Position numbers and translations under genes: made by a program. The notes under the pieces were generated by a model that did not search any database, was not told the origin of the DNA, and saw only the letters and a program-made list of their open reading frames with translations. A stretch of 64,000 nucleotides of DNA. Source: Polyangiaceae bacterium (lineage in GTDB: Bacteria; Myxococcota_A; Polyangia; Polyangiales; Polyangiaceae). This document shows, piece after piece, positions 49,100 through 59,113 of this stretch. The stretch is from assembly GCA_965222375.1 (NCBI GenBank), contig CBDCTZ010000016.1:896001-960000 (forward strand). Direction: 5' to 3'. The stretch's first letter is position 1. The number at the start of each line of letters is the position of its first letter.

Positions 49100-49717
49100 T
49101 TACTTGCGCTTCTTGGCCTTGTACTTCTTTTCCGCGCGGTTGCGAGAACCCATGACCGCGGTGTCCGCGGCGTAGGCGACCTCACCGGTCACGAGGGAAC
49201 CAGGCACGGGAAGCTTCGGCACGATGAGAAGCTCGAGATTGAGCTGGGTGTCGTCCTTGTCGATCGCCTTGAGGCGCCACTTGGCGTCCATGCGTCGCAC
49301 GTTGCCTTTGACCATGTGGCCCGTCAGCACGTACTCGTTGCCGACCTTCTTCATCTCGCCGAAGCGAACGACGGCCCAGACCTTGGCGGCGCCTTTCAAG
49401 ATGGGGACCTGCAAGTAGACGTCCGTGTTCTTGCCGTTGCGGCCGACGACTTTGGCCTTGTCGAACTTCTTGATGAACTCGTCGTAGTGGCGGAAGTCTT
49501 TGACGACCTTCTTCACGTACTTGATCGGCGCGGCTACGTGCACGCGGGCGGCGCCAGCCTTGATACGGCTGCGCGACGTCTTCAGCTCGTAGCGTTCACT
49601 GTCCCGCTTCTTGATCAGGCGCTTGGCTTCCGCACTGGGCGCTGCGCTGACGGCTGGTGCGGCCATCAGAAAGCTCAGGGCCAGAGTCCATCCGAGAAAA
49701 GTGCGGCGCTTGTTCAT
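49100..49717 (-). CDS. Exported SRPBCC/START-fold protein
   Basis: Signal peptide; VAAPIKYVKKVVKDFRHYDEFI, GNVRRMDAKWRL. Confidence 0.75.
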   Translation of the reverse strand: MNKRRTFLGWTLALSFLMAAPAVSAAPSAEAKRLIKKRDSERYELKTSRSRIKAGAARVHVAAPIKYVKKVVKDFRHYDEFIKKFDKAKVVGRNGKNTDVYLQVPILKGAAKVWAVVRFGEMKKVGNEYVLTGHMVKGNVRRMDAKWRLKAIDKDDTQLNLELLIVPKLPVPGSLVTGEVAYAADTAVMGSRNRAEKKYKAKKRK

Positions 49718-50052
49718 TTTCCTTAGCTCCTGTGAGAAATCGTTCGTGGGGGGATAGGAGTGTGTTCTGCAGGTGCCGTGCCGGATCCTCGTTCAATACT
49801 GGTAACGCTAGGAAACCATTGGCTTCTTCTTACTTTGACGGGGCCTGGGCCCGGTGTATTCGTTTCCCCGAACGTGACATCTGGAGCCGAACGTTCTCGG
49901 CGGGTGACGCAATTCCGACACGCCTTCGCTCACGCCGTGGTTTCGCGTGCTTCTGAAGCGCTGATTTGGCAGGGAAGGTGTGCGCTTTCGCCGTCGTATC
50001 AGGTGCCCTTCGCCTCGATTTGCACCCGCCAAGGCCACCGGGATGGGTCACA

Positions 50053-52131
50053 ATGAGCCCCGTGAAAAGACGGTTTCAACGCCTGTGTGGCGGGTTTGCT
50101 TTGACGGTTTTCGTTTCCGCGTGCGGGAGCGACGATGGTGGATCCAGTAGTTGCGGTGCGGACTGCCCGACGAAGGGTACGCAAGGCGTGCTCGATCTCG
50201 AGGCTGATCTGAGTGAGCAAAGCTCCTTCTTCGATGTGCCGTACCCGAGCGATCTGCGCTTGGACGCCGATGGGCACCCGCAACTGAGTGGTTTTCCGAA
50301 TCCGAACGAGCTTCAGCTCGTGGACGGCTTCGTGAGCAACGCGGGCCTTGCCAAGGGCTTCTCGACCATTGCGGTGGCGCAACTGAAGTTCTCGGCCCCA
50401 CTTTCGAAGCGGAGCCACGACGATGTGATTGCTGCAGACGCAGCTTCTCCGATCTTGCTCATCGACGTGGATGGCGACTCCCCCCAACAAGGGCAGTTGA
50501 TTCCCGTCGTCGCTGAAACCCTGCAAGAGGATATCTATGTCCCGCCGAATCTGCTGGCCGTGGCTGCACGGCCCGGATTCATCCTCAGGCCGAACAACAG
50601 CTACGCAGTGGTCGTGCGCACATCTGTGGGCGATGCGGATGGCGCCGATCTGGTTCAGCCCGGGGTGCTCGGGCGGCTGTCTCAGCGCAAACCGAAGGGT
50701 GACGCGGAAACCAAGGCCGACGCCGTGTACGCGCCGCTCTGGGCCAACCTGGATCAGTTGGGCGTGCCGCACTCGGAAGTGGCCGCCGCCACGGTGTTCA
50801 CCACCGGTGACGTGGTGGCCGAGACCGCGGAGCTGGCTGAGGGGCTACGCAACAAATACGATCTGAGCATCACGGATCTGAAGTTCCTGGACGACCCCGA
50901 GGTTCCCGAGGTGTGCATCGTCGAGGGCAACATCGAGTACCCGCAGTTTCAAAAGGGCACTCCGCCCTTCAATACGGAAGGGCTGTTCGAGTTGGGAAGC
51001 GACGGCTTGCCCACGGAGCAACGAAAGGAGACGGCGCCGGTCAAACTGATCATCCCGAACGCTCCGATGCCGGCAAACGGCTACCCCCTCGTGCTCAACA
51101 TCCATGGCTCGGGGGGCTACAGCATCGCGATGCTCCGCCCCGTTGGCGTGGACGGCAAACCGGGTGCGCCGCTGGGGCCGGCGCTGCCCTACGCCCATCG
51201 TGGGTTCGCCACCGCCGGCAGTGCCATGCCCGTGAATCCGGAACGTTTGCCGGGCGCTTCCGAGACAGCGTACTTGAACACGGCGAACTTCGTTGCGCTG
51301 CGGGATACCTTTCGCCAAGGCTTGATCGAATCGCGCTTGTTCATCAGTGCTCTGGAGAAAGTCCGGATCGAGCCCACGCTGTTGTCGAGCTGCAGTGGAG
51401 TCTCGCTTCCCGCCGGCGCAACTCAGTTCAAGTTCGATCTCTCCCGCCTCGTGCTCACTGGGCAGTCCATGGGTGGGATGTATACGAACATGCTGGCGGC
51501 CATCGAACCGCGTGTTCAAGCCGCCGTGCCCACAGGCGCGGGCGGACACTGGACCCACTTCATCTTCCTGACGCCGCTCAACAACGGGCTTTTCCCCGGT
51601 GCGCTCAACCTGGCCTTGAGCACGACGGGTACGCTGAGCTTCGTGCACCCGATGGTGAGCGTGGCCGCGGCGACCTTGGAGGGAGCTGACCCCGTCGTGT
51701 ACGTGCCCCGGATTTCTCGACGCCCCTTGGAGGGACATCCGGTGCGTCCGATCTACGAGCCCTGCGCTCCCGAGGATTCGTACTTCGCCAAGCCGACCTA
51801 CGATGCCATTGCGTTGGCCTATGGCCACCCGCAGGCCGGTGAGTCTCAGTGGACGGAGATGCAAGACGCGCTCGCGTTGGCAGGTCTGGATGGGCTGCGC
51901 CAACTTCCCCTCGAGGACAATTTGAAGAGCGAAGATGGGCGCGCCTACACGGGAGCTGTTCTGCAGTTTGCGCCCAAAGCCGCGCCGGGAGATCCCATCG
52001 CCGATGGCCACGCGATCTATTCGCGGCGCGACGACGTCAAGTTCCAGTACGCTTGCTTCGCCGAAACCTTCTTGGCGGGCAAAGCGCGCATCTTGCCGCC
52101 GAAGAGTGACTGGAAAGCGACGTGCGATTGA
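50053..52131 (+). CDS. Lipoprotein alpha/beta hydrolase (lipase/esterase-like)
   Basis: VSAC lipobox; PYPSD, LNIHGSGG, GQSMGG, ADP, DGH. Confidence 0.8.
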   Translation: MSPVKRRFQRLCGGFALTVFVSACGSDDGGSSSCGADCPTKGTQGVLDLEADLSEQSSFFDVPYPSDLRLDADGHPQLSGFPNPNELQLVDGFVSNAGLAKGFSTIAVAQLKFSAPLSKRSHDDVIAADAASPILLIDVDGDSPQQGQLIPVVAETLQEDIYVPPNLLAVAARPGFILRPNNSYAVVVRTSVGDADGADLVQPGVLGRLSQRKPKGDAETKADAVYAPLWANLDQLGVPHSEVAAATVFTTGDVVAETAELAEGLRNKYDLSITDLKFLDDPEVPEVCIVEGNIEYPQFQKGTPPFNTEGLFELGSDGLPTEQRKETAPVKLIIPNAPMPANGYPLVLNIHGSGGYSIAMLRPVGVDGKPGAPLGPALPYAHRGFATAGSAMPVNPERLPGASETAYLNTANFVALRDTFRQGLIESRLFISALEKVRIEPTLLSSCSGVSLPAGATQFKFDLSRLVLTGQSMGGMYTNMLAAIEPRVQAAVPTGAGGHWTHFIFLTPLNNGLFPGALNLALSTTGTLSFVHPMVSVAAATLEGADPVVYVPRISRRPLEGHPVRPIYEPCAPEDSYFAKPTYDAIALAYGHPQAGESQWTEMQDALALAGLDGLRQLPLEDNLKSEDGRAYTGAVLQFAPKAAPGDPIADGHAIYSRRDDVKFQYACFAETFLAGKARILPPKSDWKATCD

Positions 52132-52177
52132 CGTGTCCGAGCCTGCGACAAGCCACGACTGACCAACTGGAAGTTCC

Positions 52178-53152
52178 TTGAGCCAGCACCGACCCCACTT
52201 TGCCGACCGCGCCTTCGCGGCTCTCGCGAGCCGGCGCATGCAGTTCTCCGCGGGCTGGGGTGACGATGCGTGGCTCGAGGCAGCTCTCGAGAGGGGGCCA
52301 GGGTTTGCCACCGCTCCACCCGCGAAGATCGACTGGTTTCGCACTCGAGTCGTCCGGGGCCTCGAGGTGTCCGATGGCACCTTCGAGTCGCCGCGCCGCG
52401 ATGTGCTCCTGGACGAAGTCGCGCACGTGGTGGTGCGGCGGGTTCGGCTTCCGAATGTTCGGCGCGAGCGAGCCTTCGTGGTGTTGGCGGGCTCGCGAGA
52501 AGAGGGCTTTCGCCTGCGGCACTGGGTGTGGGATCGGGCGGTGCGCCGCCACGCGGACGCGTACTTCATCGAAAACCCGTACTACGGTCGCCGCCGCGCG
52601 GTGGGGCAACAGAGCGCGAACATTCCCACCGTGAGCCAACACTTGGCCATGAACCTCGCGTCCGTTGCAGAGGCATCCGCGCTGGTGCGCACTCTCGCGA
52701 ACGACTATTCGCGCCTGGCCGTCGCCGGCTACAGCATGGGGGGCTTCATGGCGACCCTCACCGCGCAAGTGACTCCGGTGCCCCTGGCCCTCGCCGCGCT
52801 GGCCGCTGGCATGACGCCGCGCCCGATCTACACGACGACGTTGTTCGCTCGCGCCATCGACTTCGCCGCCTTGGCCAAAGATCGTGGGTGCCAATCATCG
52901 GCTCGTGAGCGACTCGGGAGCTTGATCCATCTAGGTAGCGTCGAACACTTCCCCTCGCCGCCCCGTCCAGATGCGGCGGTCATCGTTGGCTGTCGGCGAG
53001 ACGGATTCGTTCCTCCGATCGAAGCTGAACGTCTGCATCGGCTTTTTGAAGGCAGCGAACTGCGCTGGCTGGACACCGGCCACGTGGTGGCGCCCCTATC
53101 GCACGCAGCGCCCTTGCGTCGTGCTCTCGCAGACGCACTCAATCGGCTTTGA
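52178..53152 (+). CDS. Alpha/beta hydrolase, ABHD18/DUF2048-like; start uncertain
   Basis: ENPYYGRR, GYSMGG, DGFVP, LRWLDTGHV. Confidence 0.8.
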   Translation: MSQHRPHFADRAFAALASRRMQFSAGWGDDAWLEAALERGPGFATAPPAKIDWFRTRVVRGLEVSDGTFESPRRDVLLDEVAHVVVRRVRLPNVRRERAFVVLAGSREEGFRLRHWVWDRAVRRHADAYFIENPYYGRRRAVGQQSANIPTVSQHLAMNLASVAEASALVRTLANDYSRLAVAGYSMGGFMATLTAQVTPVPLALAALAAGMTPRPIYTTTLFARAIDFAALAKDRGCQSSARERLGSLIHLGSVEHFPSPPRPDAAVIVGCRRDGFVPPIEAERLHRLFEGSELRWLDTGHVVAPLSHAAPLRRALADALNRL

Positions 53153-53225
53153 CGCACGCCGAGCTGCGCAAAGGCGCCTGTATTTGCAGTCGCGCAAGCG
53201 CGGAGTTACAAGGGAAGGCTGACCC

Positions 53226-53705
53226 ATGGAAGTGCCGTCCCCTCCTGCCGTAGAAGACTCCGATTCTGACGACGTACGCTGGGCCCTCGAGACCGCCAAT
53301 GCTGTTTGGGGTCGAGGTGACATCCGCGAAGCCTTGCAATGGATTCGCCGTGCCGCGGAAGCTGCCGCAGAGGTCGGAGCGGATATGCGCGCCGTGCACC
53401 TGGCGAAGAGTGCCGCGGACCTGCGTGGACTGCTTGACGTGCCCCGCACGGCGCCGCCACCGGCAGCGGGGATTGACGTGGACGTGGAGATCCCACCGAG
53501 CCCCCCGCCCAGCGAGCTAGCCAAGAAGGGCAAAGAGCGCGTGCGTCACCACGCGATTCGGGTGGCAGTGTCGCTTTCCATGGAAGAAATGGGCGCTCTG
53601 GTTGCCAAACCCATGAAACCCGGCGAGCAGGCACCGGAGGGCAGCCACGAAGCCGTGATCATCGCGCTGGACCCGGACGCGGATCTCTTCGTGTTCAAGG
53701 GCTGA
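53226..53705 (+). CDS. Hypothetical protein
   Basis: DVRWALETA..W.RG...ALQWIRRAAEAA; Pro-rich linker. Confidence 0.7.
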   Translation: MEVPSPPAVEDSDSDDVRWALETANAVWGRGDIREALQWIRRAAEAAAEVGADMRAVHLAKSAADLRGLLDVPRTAPPPAAGIDVDVEIPPSPPPSELAKKGKERVRHHAIRVAVSLSMEEMGALVAKPMKPGEQAPEGSHEAVIIALDPDADLFVFKG

Positions 53706-53818
53706 GCCGGGCCCAGGGCGCGCCGTATTTTGCGTGCTTTCGCCGCGGAACGCGGACCCCGCGCGGATGACTACGTCAAACCGACCACGGACTGTAAGCG
53801 GCGGGTGGGTCTCTCGTT

Positions 53819-55822
53819 ATGAGGTGGATGTCCTTTCCATCTGTGCGAAGTGTTCTCGGTGCGTTGAGCCTGTCTGCCGTCGCCTTGGGCCTGTTGGGCG
53901 CATCTGCCTGCGGCCGGGGCGCCAAGTCTGGCGCGCTCAGCGCCGTCAACAAACACCCCTCCCACGCCTCCCTGAAGGCGTTTGATTCCGAGGGCGAACT
54001 CAAGCGCTACCTGGAGCACCTGCGCGAAAAGCAGGAGCGCCAGCGCCGCACGTCTCAACCCCAGGCGGGCTACGGCCAACAGCCGGGTGCGCCTCCGCCG
54101 GCGCAGGCTCCCGCAGCGGAGGCGGAAGCCTCCGCGGCCCAAAGCGTCGACGCACCGAGCGATTCCAACGGCGACTCCAACGGCGACTCCGACGGCGAAT
54201 CCGTTACCAACACCCAGCACGCCGGCGTGGACGAGGGCGGCATCGTCAAAGTGCACGGCAATCACTTGGTCGTGTTGCGGCGCGGTCGCTTGTTCACCGT
54301 AGAAATCGGCAACGGCGAGCTGACGCCGATCTCCGCCGTGGATGCCTTTGGTCCGGACATCAATTCCGGCGGCACTTGGTACGACGAGATGCTGCTGTCG
54401 AAGAATACCGTCGTGGTGATCGGCTACAGCTACGAGCGCGGTGGCACCGAGGTCGGACTGTTCGACATCAGCAGGACCGGCAAGCTCAGCTACCGCTCGA
54501 CCTACCACCTGCGCTCCAACGACTACTACTCGTCGCGGAACTACGCGAGTCGTCTGATTGGTGACAAGCTGATCTTCTACTCACCCCTGTACCTCTCGCT
54601 GCACGACGAAGACGTGTTTCAGTCTTTCCCGGCCATGCGCAAGTGGCGCCGCGGCGCGAAGAAGAGCGAGTTTCGTCGCATCGCGGCCGCGCATAGTGTG
54701 TACCGTCCCGCCACGCCGCTGCGCTCCGAGTCGGGGATCGCGCTGCACACGGTCACGGTTTGCGATCTGGCAAAGCGAGACATGAGTTGCCGCGCCACCT
54801 CGGTGATGGGCCCGCCGGGGCGCGTGTTCTACGTGTCGCCGAGTTCCGTCTACGTCTGGACCAGCGAGTGGATGCAGAGCACGAAGGGGCAGCGCTCCCA
54901 CGTGTACCGCATGCCACTGGATGGCTCCGGACCGTCGGCTCTGCGCGTGCAAGGCGCACCCGTCGATCAGTTTTCGTTCCTCGAGAGCTCCGATGGTCAC
55001 CTGAACGTGTTGGTGCGCTCGGATTCGGTGGGCGCCGGCATGTGGGGAGCCGAAACCGCACAGGGCGACGTTGCCTTGATGCGTGTGAGACTGCGAAGCT
55101 TCGGAACTGGATCCAGCTCGGCTCCGCGCAGTGCTTACAAGCGTCTGCCCAAGCCCGACGGCCACACGTTCCAAAACCGCTTCGTGGGCGATCACTTGAT
55201 GTACGGAACCGGCAGCGGCTGGGGCAGCCCCGAATCGCGCAAGCGCGGTGCAGTGTACGCCGTGCGCTATGCGAACGGCGGCGTGACTCGCGTGGGGCTG
55301 CGGCATGGAGTCGATCGGATCGAGTCCATGGGCGGACACAGCGTTGTCGTCGGCACCGACGGCAAGAACCTCCACTTCACTCCGGTGCGGCTCGGTTCGC
55401 GCCCCTCCGCGGCGCCGAGCTATGTGCGTGCCAACGCCTCTCAAGGGGAGCTGCGCAGCCACGGCTTCTTCTACAAGCCCAAGGGCAAGGACACGGGCCT
55501 GCTGGGGTTGCCCATCAGCGAACCGGGTCGCCCGGGCTACGAGCATCTGTTTCACAACTCGGCATCAGTGTTGTTTCTGAAGAACAACGCGCTGCGCTTC
55601 ACGGAGTTGGGCACCCTGGGTGCGCGGCCTGAGGCTGCCAAGGACGACGGATGCAAGGCTTCCTGTGTCGACTGGTACGGCAATGCCCGACCGCTATTCC
55701 TGAAGGGCCGCGTGTTCGCGCTGCTCGGCTACGAGGTCGTCGAAGGTCGTTTGCGAGATGGTCGTATCCGCGAGTCGCGCCGGATCAACTTCGCCCCCAG
55801 CGTGCCCAAGATCGCTCGCTAG
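53819..55822 (+). CDS. Secreted beta-propeller domain protein
   Basis: ASAC lipobox-like; TNTQHAGVDEGGIVK, DQFSF; SNGD micro-repeat. Confidence 0.85.
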   Translation: MRWMSFPSVRSVLGALSLSAVALGLLGASACGRGAKSGALSAVNKHPSHASLKAFDSEGELKRYLEHLREKQERQRRTSQPQAGYGQQPGAPPPAQAPAAEAEASAAQSVDAPSDSNGDSNGDSDGESVTNTQHAGVDEGGIVKVHGNHLVVLRRGRLFTVEIGNGELTPISAVDAFGPDINSGGTWYDEMLLSKNTVVVIGYSYERGGTEVGLFDISRTGKLSYRSTYHLRSNDYYSSRNYASRLIGDKLIFYSPLYLSLHDEDVFQSFPAMRKWRRGAKKSEFRRIAAAHSVYRPATPLRSESGIALHTVTVCDLAKRDMSCRATSVMGPPGRVFYVSPSSVYVWTSEWMQSTKGQRSHVYRMPLDGSGPSALRVQGAPVDQFSFLESSDGHLNVLVRSDSVGAGMWGAETAQGDVALMRVRLRSFGTGSSSAPRSAYKRLPKPDGHTFQNRFVGDHLMYGTGSGWGSPESRKRGAVYAVRYANGGVTRVGLRHGVDRIESMGGHSVVVGTDGKNLHFTPVRLGSRPSAAPSYVRANASQGELRSHGFFYKPKGKDTGLLGLPISEPGRPGYEHLFHNSASVLFLKNNALRFTELGTLGARPEAAKDDGCKASCVDWYGNARPLFLKGRVFALLGYEVVEGRLRDGRIRESRRINFAPSVPKIAR

Positions 55823-55906
55823 CTGCGCCTGCGACGGCGCGCGGCGTCGCTACCCGCGGGGGCCGCTGGGGGGCGCTGCTCGCGGGAGCCTGCGCTAGGC
55901 GCAGCT
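55821..55906. terminator. Inverted repeat between convergent genes
   Basis: AGCTGCGCCT (55821-30) / AGGCGCAGCT (55897-906); no U-tract. Confidence 0.3.
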
Positions 55907-56101
55907 GTCCGCGGGCCCCACTAGCTCGCGAGTGCGATCCACGACCCTAGCGGGTGTCGTTGCACACGGATCGCACTCGTTGCCACAACACTGGCGCCAC
56001 GGGCGGTCGCGGCGCTGCGGCAGCGGTCGCACGGTCTCCCGGAACGCCTCGTCCAGGAAGTTTTCCTGCATGGCTTGGCTCAGCGCCGCCTCGAGATCCA
56101 C
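55895..56101 (-). CDS. Small protein with oxidoreductase-like CCGxxCxPC motif
   Basis: WRQCCGNECDPCATT. Confidence 0.6.
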   Translation of the reverse strand: MDLEAALSQAMQENFLDEAFRETVRPLPQRRDRPWRQCCGNECDPCATTPARVVDRTRELVGPADSCA

Positions 56102-56171
56102 CCGTACAATCTACGTGAAATCCGCGCCGCGTCGAGTCAGGGGCGCGCCAAGTTACACTTCGGCTCCCCAA

Positions 56172-56318
56172 GGGTCTCGCGTTGAGAACTTGCATACAAG
56201 CTCTGGGGGCGGGGGGTTGCGGGTCTCGCGTTGAGAGCTTGCATACAAGCTCTGGAGGCGGGGGGTTGCGGGTCTCACGCTGAGAGCTTGTATACAAGCT
56301 TTGGAGGTAAGGGGTTGC
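56172..56318. repeat. Three tandem 49-bp palindromic repeats
   Basis: Units at 56172, 56221, 56270; core AGCTTGYATACAAGCT. Confidence 0.95.
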
Positions 56319-56324
56319 GGGCTA

Positions 56325-58094
56325 CTACCGCGCCACGAACTCCCGAGTTGCCGCGGCCAATTCTGGCCCGGGCAGGTGCTCATCCACCTGTATCCGTTTG
56401 CCGATCAAGTGCTCGAGGGCATCGAGGGCGTATAGCCGAACCAAAGGGATCGGATCTTCGAGCACTTCCAACAACGCGGGAACCGCTGCGGTCAACCGCG
56501 CGTTCTTGGCCATGCTGGCGGCCGTTGCGCGCTCGTGAGACTTGCCACGCTGCAGCGTAGCGATGACGACATTCGCATTCATGCTGCCGTACAGAGCGCG
56601 CAGTCGCTTCCGATCCACGCGCGGCTTCCACTGCTCCAGCGCCTTGGCCATGCGCGCGACGGAGTAGGTCGCGTGGCAGCCCGCGCACTCGATGGGCCGG
56701 TCGCGATATAGGCGCTCCGAATCCGTTGGCGATCCAATGCGGTGATAGTTGGTCAACGCATACGCGAGCCCCATGTTCTTCTTCACCATGTGGCAGTCGA
56801 TGCAGCTGGCCTGCCCGTCGGCATGTCGTGTGTGGGCGCGTCGACGCTCTGGATCTGCGTAGCTCTCGTGGCAACCCGTACACAGGGCGACGCCCTTCGC
56901 TCCCTGCAAGCGTTTCAGCAGGCCAGGGCGATCCCGAGCGTGTGGGTCATGGCAGTGCGAGCAGCTCATTTCGCTCTGGCAGCCCCCCAACATGAAGTCT
57001 CGGGCCTCACCGGAGTTGACGTGGCTGCCGCCGTTGCCCTGAGCACCTTGCTCCCAGGTGTGGGCATAACCCGAGAACAACACCGTGTGGCAGCGAGCGC
57101 AGGCACGGGTTTGCTGCTGCGCGGGCGTCAGCGCGTTGCCGTTTGCCTGCACCTCCCTTGCGAAGGAACTTTGGAATCCGAAGCTCATCCGTGCGCCGCC
57201 GGGATCGGCGGCGTGCTGTTTGCCACCGCCGTGACAGGACTCGCAGCCGATACCTAGCTCCACCAAGTGACTTTCGGAGAACTTCTCGCGGGTCGCTTCA
57301 ATGGCGGCCACCAGCCGTGACTTGTGGGAGCGCTGGCTGCCAGGCTTTCCTCCAAGACGCGACAACTCAGCGGACAGCGCAGCATTCAAAGCGTCCGGCG
57401 ACTCCAGCTGTATCTGCGGCGCGCGACTCTTGGGCAGCAGAAACGATACCGAGCCCTGGTACTTCGGGGCGCCGGGCCCGTGCAGCGCCGCGTAGCTCGC
57501 GACGAGCGTGGGCACCGTGTTGTGACAGAAGATGCACGTGGTCCGCCACCTGGCACCCTTCCTGAGTCCGTTGCGCTCCGGTGTCATGACCGAATAGCCC
57601 TTGTAGCGGTAGCGCTTGTTGAACCTCAGCCACGAGACGGGAAGTATGCGTTCGGTGCCGTTGGGCTCGCTCCGGTCCAAGGGCCCGGCAACGCGCACGC
57701 CGGCAAAGTCTTCGCGGGTGCGCCCTCCGATCACTTTGGTCACTCGCCACCAAGACGCGCCGTCTCGTTGAGTGTCCAGACGCATGAAGCGGATCTTGTC
57801 TCGCGTCAGCAACGTGGCGACGTCCGCGCCAAGCCTCAGCTGTTCGCCCCCAAAGGGCGCATCAATCTTTGCGGCCTGTGCGCCCCGAGTCATGCGCCGC
57901 ATGGGCGACTCGAAAAAGCGCTTCGTGATGGCGCGGTGGCAGGGCACACAAGCGCCCGAACCCGCGTAGTCGGCGCTGCGTACGTTGCTCTTCACCAGGG
58001 GGCGTGAGGGGCCTGCGCCGGGGCTCTTGGCCTCGTCACAAGCTTGGCTCAACAGGGCGACGAGCGCGCCGAGGGCGAGACGAGGTACGCGCAC
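56325..58094 (-). CDS. Multiheme (8 x CxxCH) cytochrome c lipoprotein with C-terminal HEAT-like repeats
   Basis: CVPCH, CIFCH, CESCH, CARCH, CSHCH, CTGCH, CIDCH, CAGCH; SQAC lipobox-like; AVPALLEVLEDPIPLVR. Confidence 0.88.
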   Translation of the reverse strand: MRVPRLALGALVALLSQACDEAKSPGAGPSRPLVKSNVRSADYAGSGACVPCHRAITKRFFESPMRRMTRGAQAAKIDAPFGGEQLRLGADVATLLTRDKIRFMRLDTQRDGASWWRVTKVIGGRTREDFAGVRVAGPLDRSEPNGTERILPVSWLRFNKRYRYKGYSVMTPERNGLRKGARWRTTCIFCHNTVPTLVASYAALHGPGAPKYQGSVSFLLPKSRAPQIQLESPDALNAALSAELSRLGGKPGSQRSHKSRLVAAIEATREKFSESHLVELGIGCESCHGGGKQHAADPGGARMSFGFQSSFAREVQANGNALTPAQQQTRACARCHTVLFSGYAHTWEQGAQGNGGSHVNSGEARDFMLGGCQSEMSCSHCHDPHARDRPGLLKRLQGAKGVALCTGCHESYADPERRRAHTRHADGQASCIDCHMVKKNMGLAYALTNYHRIGSPTDSERLYRDRPIECAGCHATYSVARMAKALEQWKPRVDRKRLRALYGSMNANVVIATLQRGKSHERATAASMAKNARLTAAVPALLEVLEDPIPLVRLYALDALEHLIGKRIQVDEHLPGPELAAATREFVAR

Positions 58095-58154
58095 GCCTGC
58101 TCGGTACCCCCTTGGCGGCGCGGCGAAAAGGGGCCGCCGCACCGGCGCTGTTCG

Positions 58155-58601
58155 TCAGCCGTCGCCGGTGCCCTGAGCCAAGGGTGGCAAGCCGAACTTG
58201 GTCGCGATGTTCGAGTAGGACACGCCGAAGAGCGCCGCGCCGACGAGGGTGCCCGCGAGGGCCGCCAAGGCGTACAGCTTGCCCTCGCCAATGTTCACCA
58301 GGATGGGGCCCGGGCACATGCCCGTGATCGACCAACCGATGCCGAAGAGGATCCCTCCGAACACATTGCCGCGGTGGCGTGGCTTTTCAGCGAGCTGCAC
58401 GGCCGCGCCGCTCATGACCTTTCCGCGCCGCTTCATCAGGTACAGGCCGGGCGCGGTCAGCGCGACTGCCGTCCCGATGATTCCGTACAGCTGAAAATCC
58501 TGGAACAGAAACATCTTTTGGATGAAGTCGTAGTCCGCTGCGCCGCTGCGACTCAGCGTCCAGCCGAAAACCAAACCGAAAAGAACGTATACGGCGGCCA
58601 T
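58155..58601 (-). CDS. YeeE/YedE-family sulfur-compound transporter, second half-protein
   Basis: GGILFGIGWSITGMCPGP; ATG overlaps upstream TAA. Confidence 0.88.
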   Translation of the reverse strand: MAAVYVLFGLVFGWTLSRSGAADYDFIQKMFLFQDFQLYGIIGTAVALTAPGLYLMKRRGKVMSGAAVQLAEKPRHRGNVFGGILFGIGWSITGMCPGPILVNIGEGKLYALAALAGTLVGAALFGVSYSNIATKFGLPPLAQGTGDG

Positions 58602-59113
58602 TACAGCGCTCCGAGTACTCGGTACACGATGTTGGTGGTCACGATGCCCGCGGCCATGAACGACAGCGTGCTCACGATTCCTGAGCGCTCGAAGTTCGAG
58701 ATCCCGAAAATCCCGTGACCGCTGGTGCAACCCCCGGCCAGCCGCGTCCCAAAGCCGATCAAGATCCCACCGCCGAACATCAGTGCCACCTTCGCGGCGG
58801 GGCCAAACCCAAATACCGAGTCGAGCATTCCGGCGTCCCAAGTCGGCGCCCACTTGCCACCGAGCACGGCCGATAGCGCCCCACCGAGCAAGAGCCCTAC
58901 CAACATCGGCAACCGCCAACCATTGGACGAGAGCAGCTTGGGTCGACGAAAGTAGGGTGCCTTCACCACGAGGGAGCACACGCTCTCGAAACCCGTTGAA
59001 ATCCCCAAACGGCGATTGGTCAGCCAAAGCATGGCCAGAGTCACCAAAGCGATTCCGGCTCCCCCCCACGCCCAATGATACGGAGTGACTCCGTTGAGAA
59101 TGAGTTGCTTCAT
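58601..59113 (-). CDS. YeeE/YedE-family sulfur-compound transporter, first half-protein
   Basis: LGIS, GFGTRLAGGCTSGHGIFG. Confidence 0.9.
   Translation of the reverse strand: MKQLILNGVTPYHWAWGGAGIALVTLAMLWLTNRRLGISTGFESVCSLVVKAPYFRRPKLLSSNGWRLPMLVGLLLGGALSAVLGGKWAPTWDAGMLDSVFGFGPAAKVALMFGGGILIGFGTRLAGGCTSGHGIFGISNFERSGIVSTLSFMAAGIVTTNIVYRVLGAL

Noticed and set aside
50845..52569. 574-aa minus-strand ORF, representative of many long antisense ORFs in the track
   Set aside because: Antisense to well-supported genes and lacks motifs; expected in high-GC DNA
56172..56318. Mini-CRISPR
   Set aside because: Sequences between palindromes are near-identical rather than unique spacers
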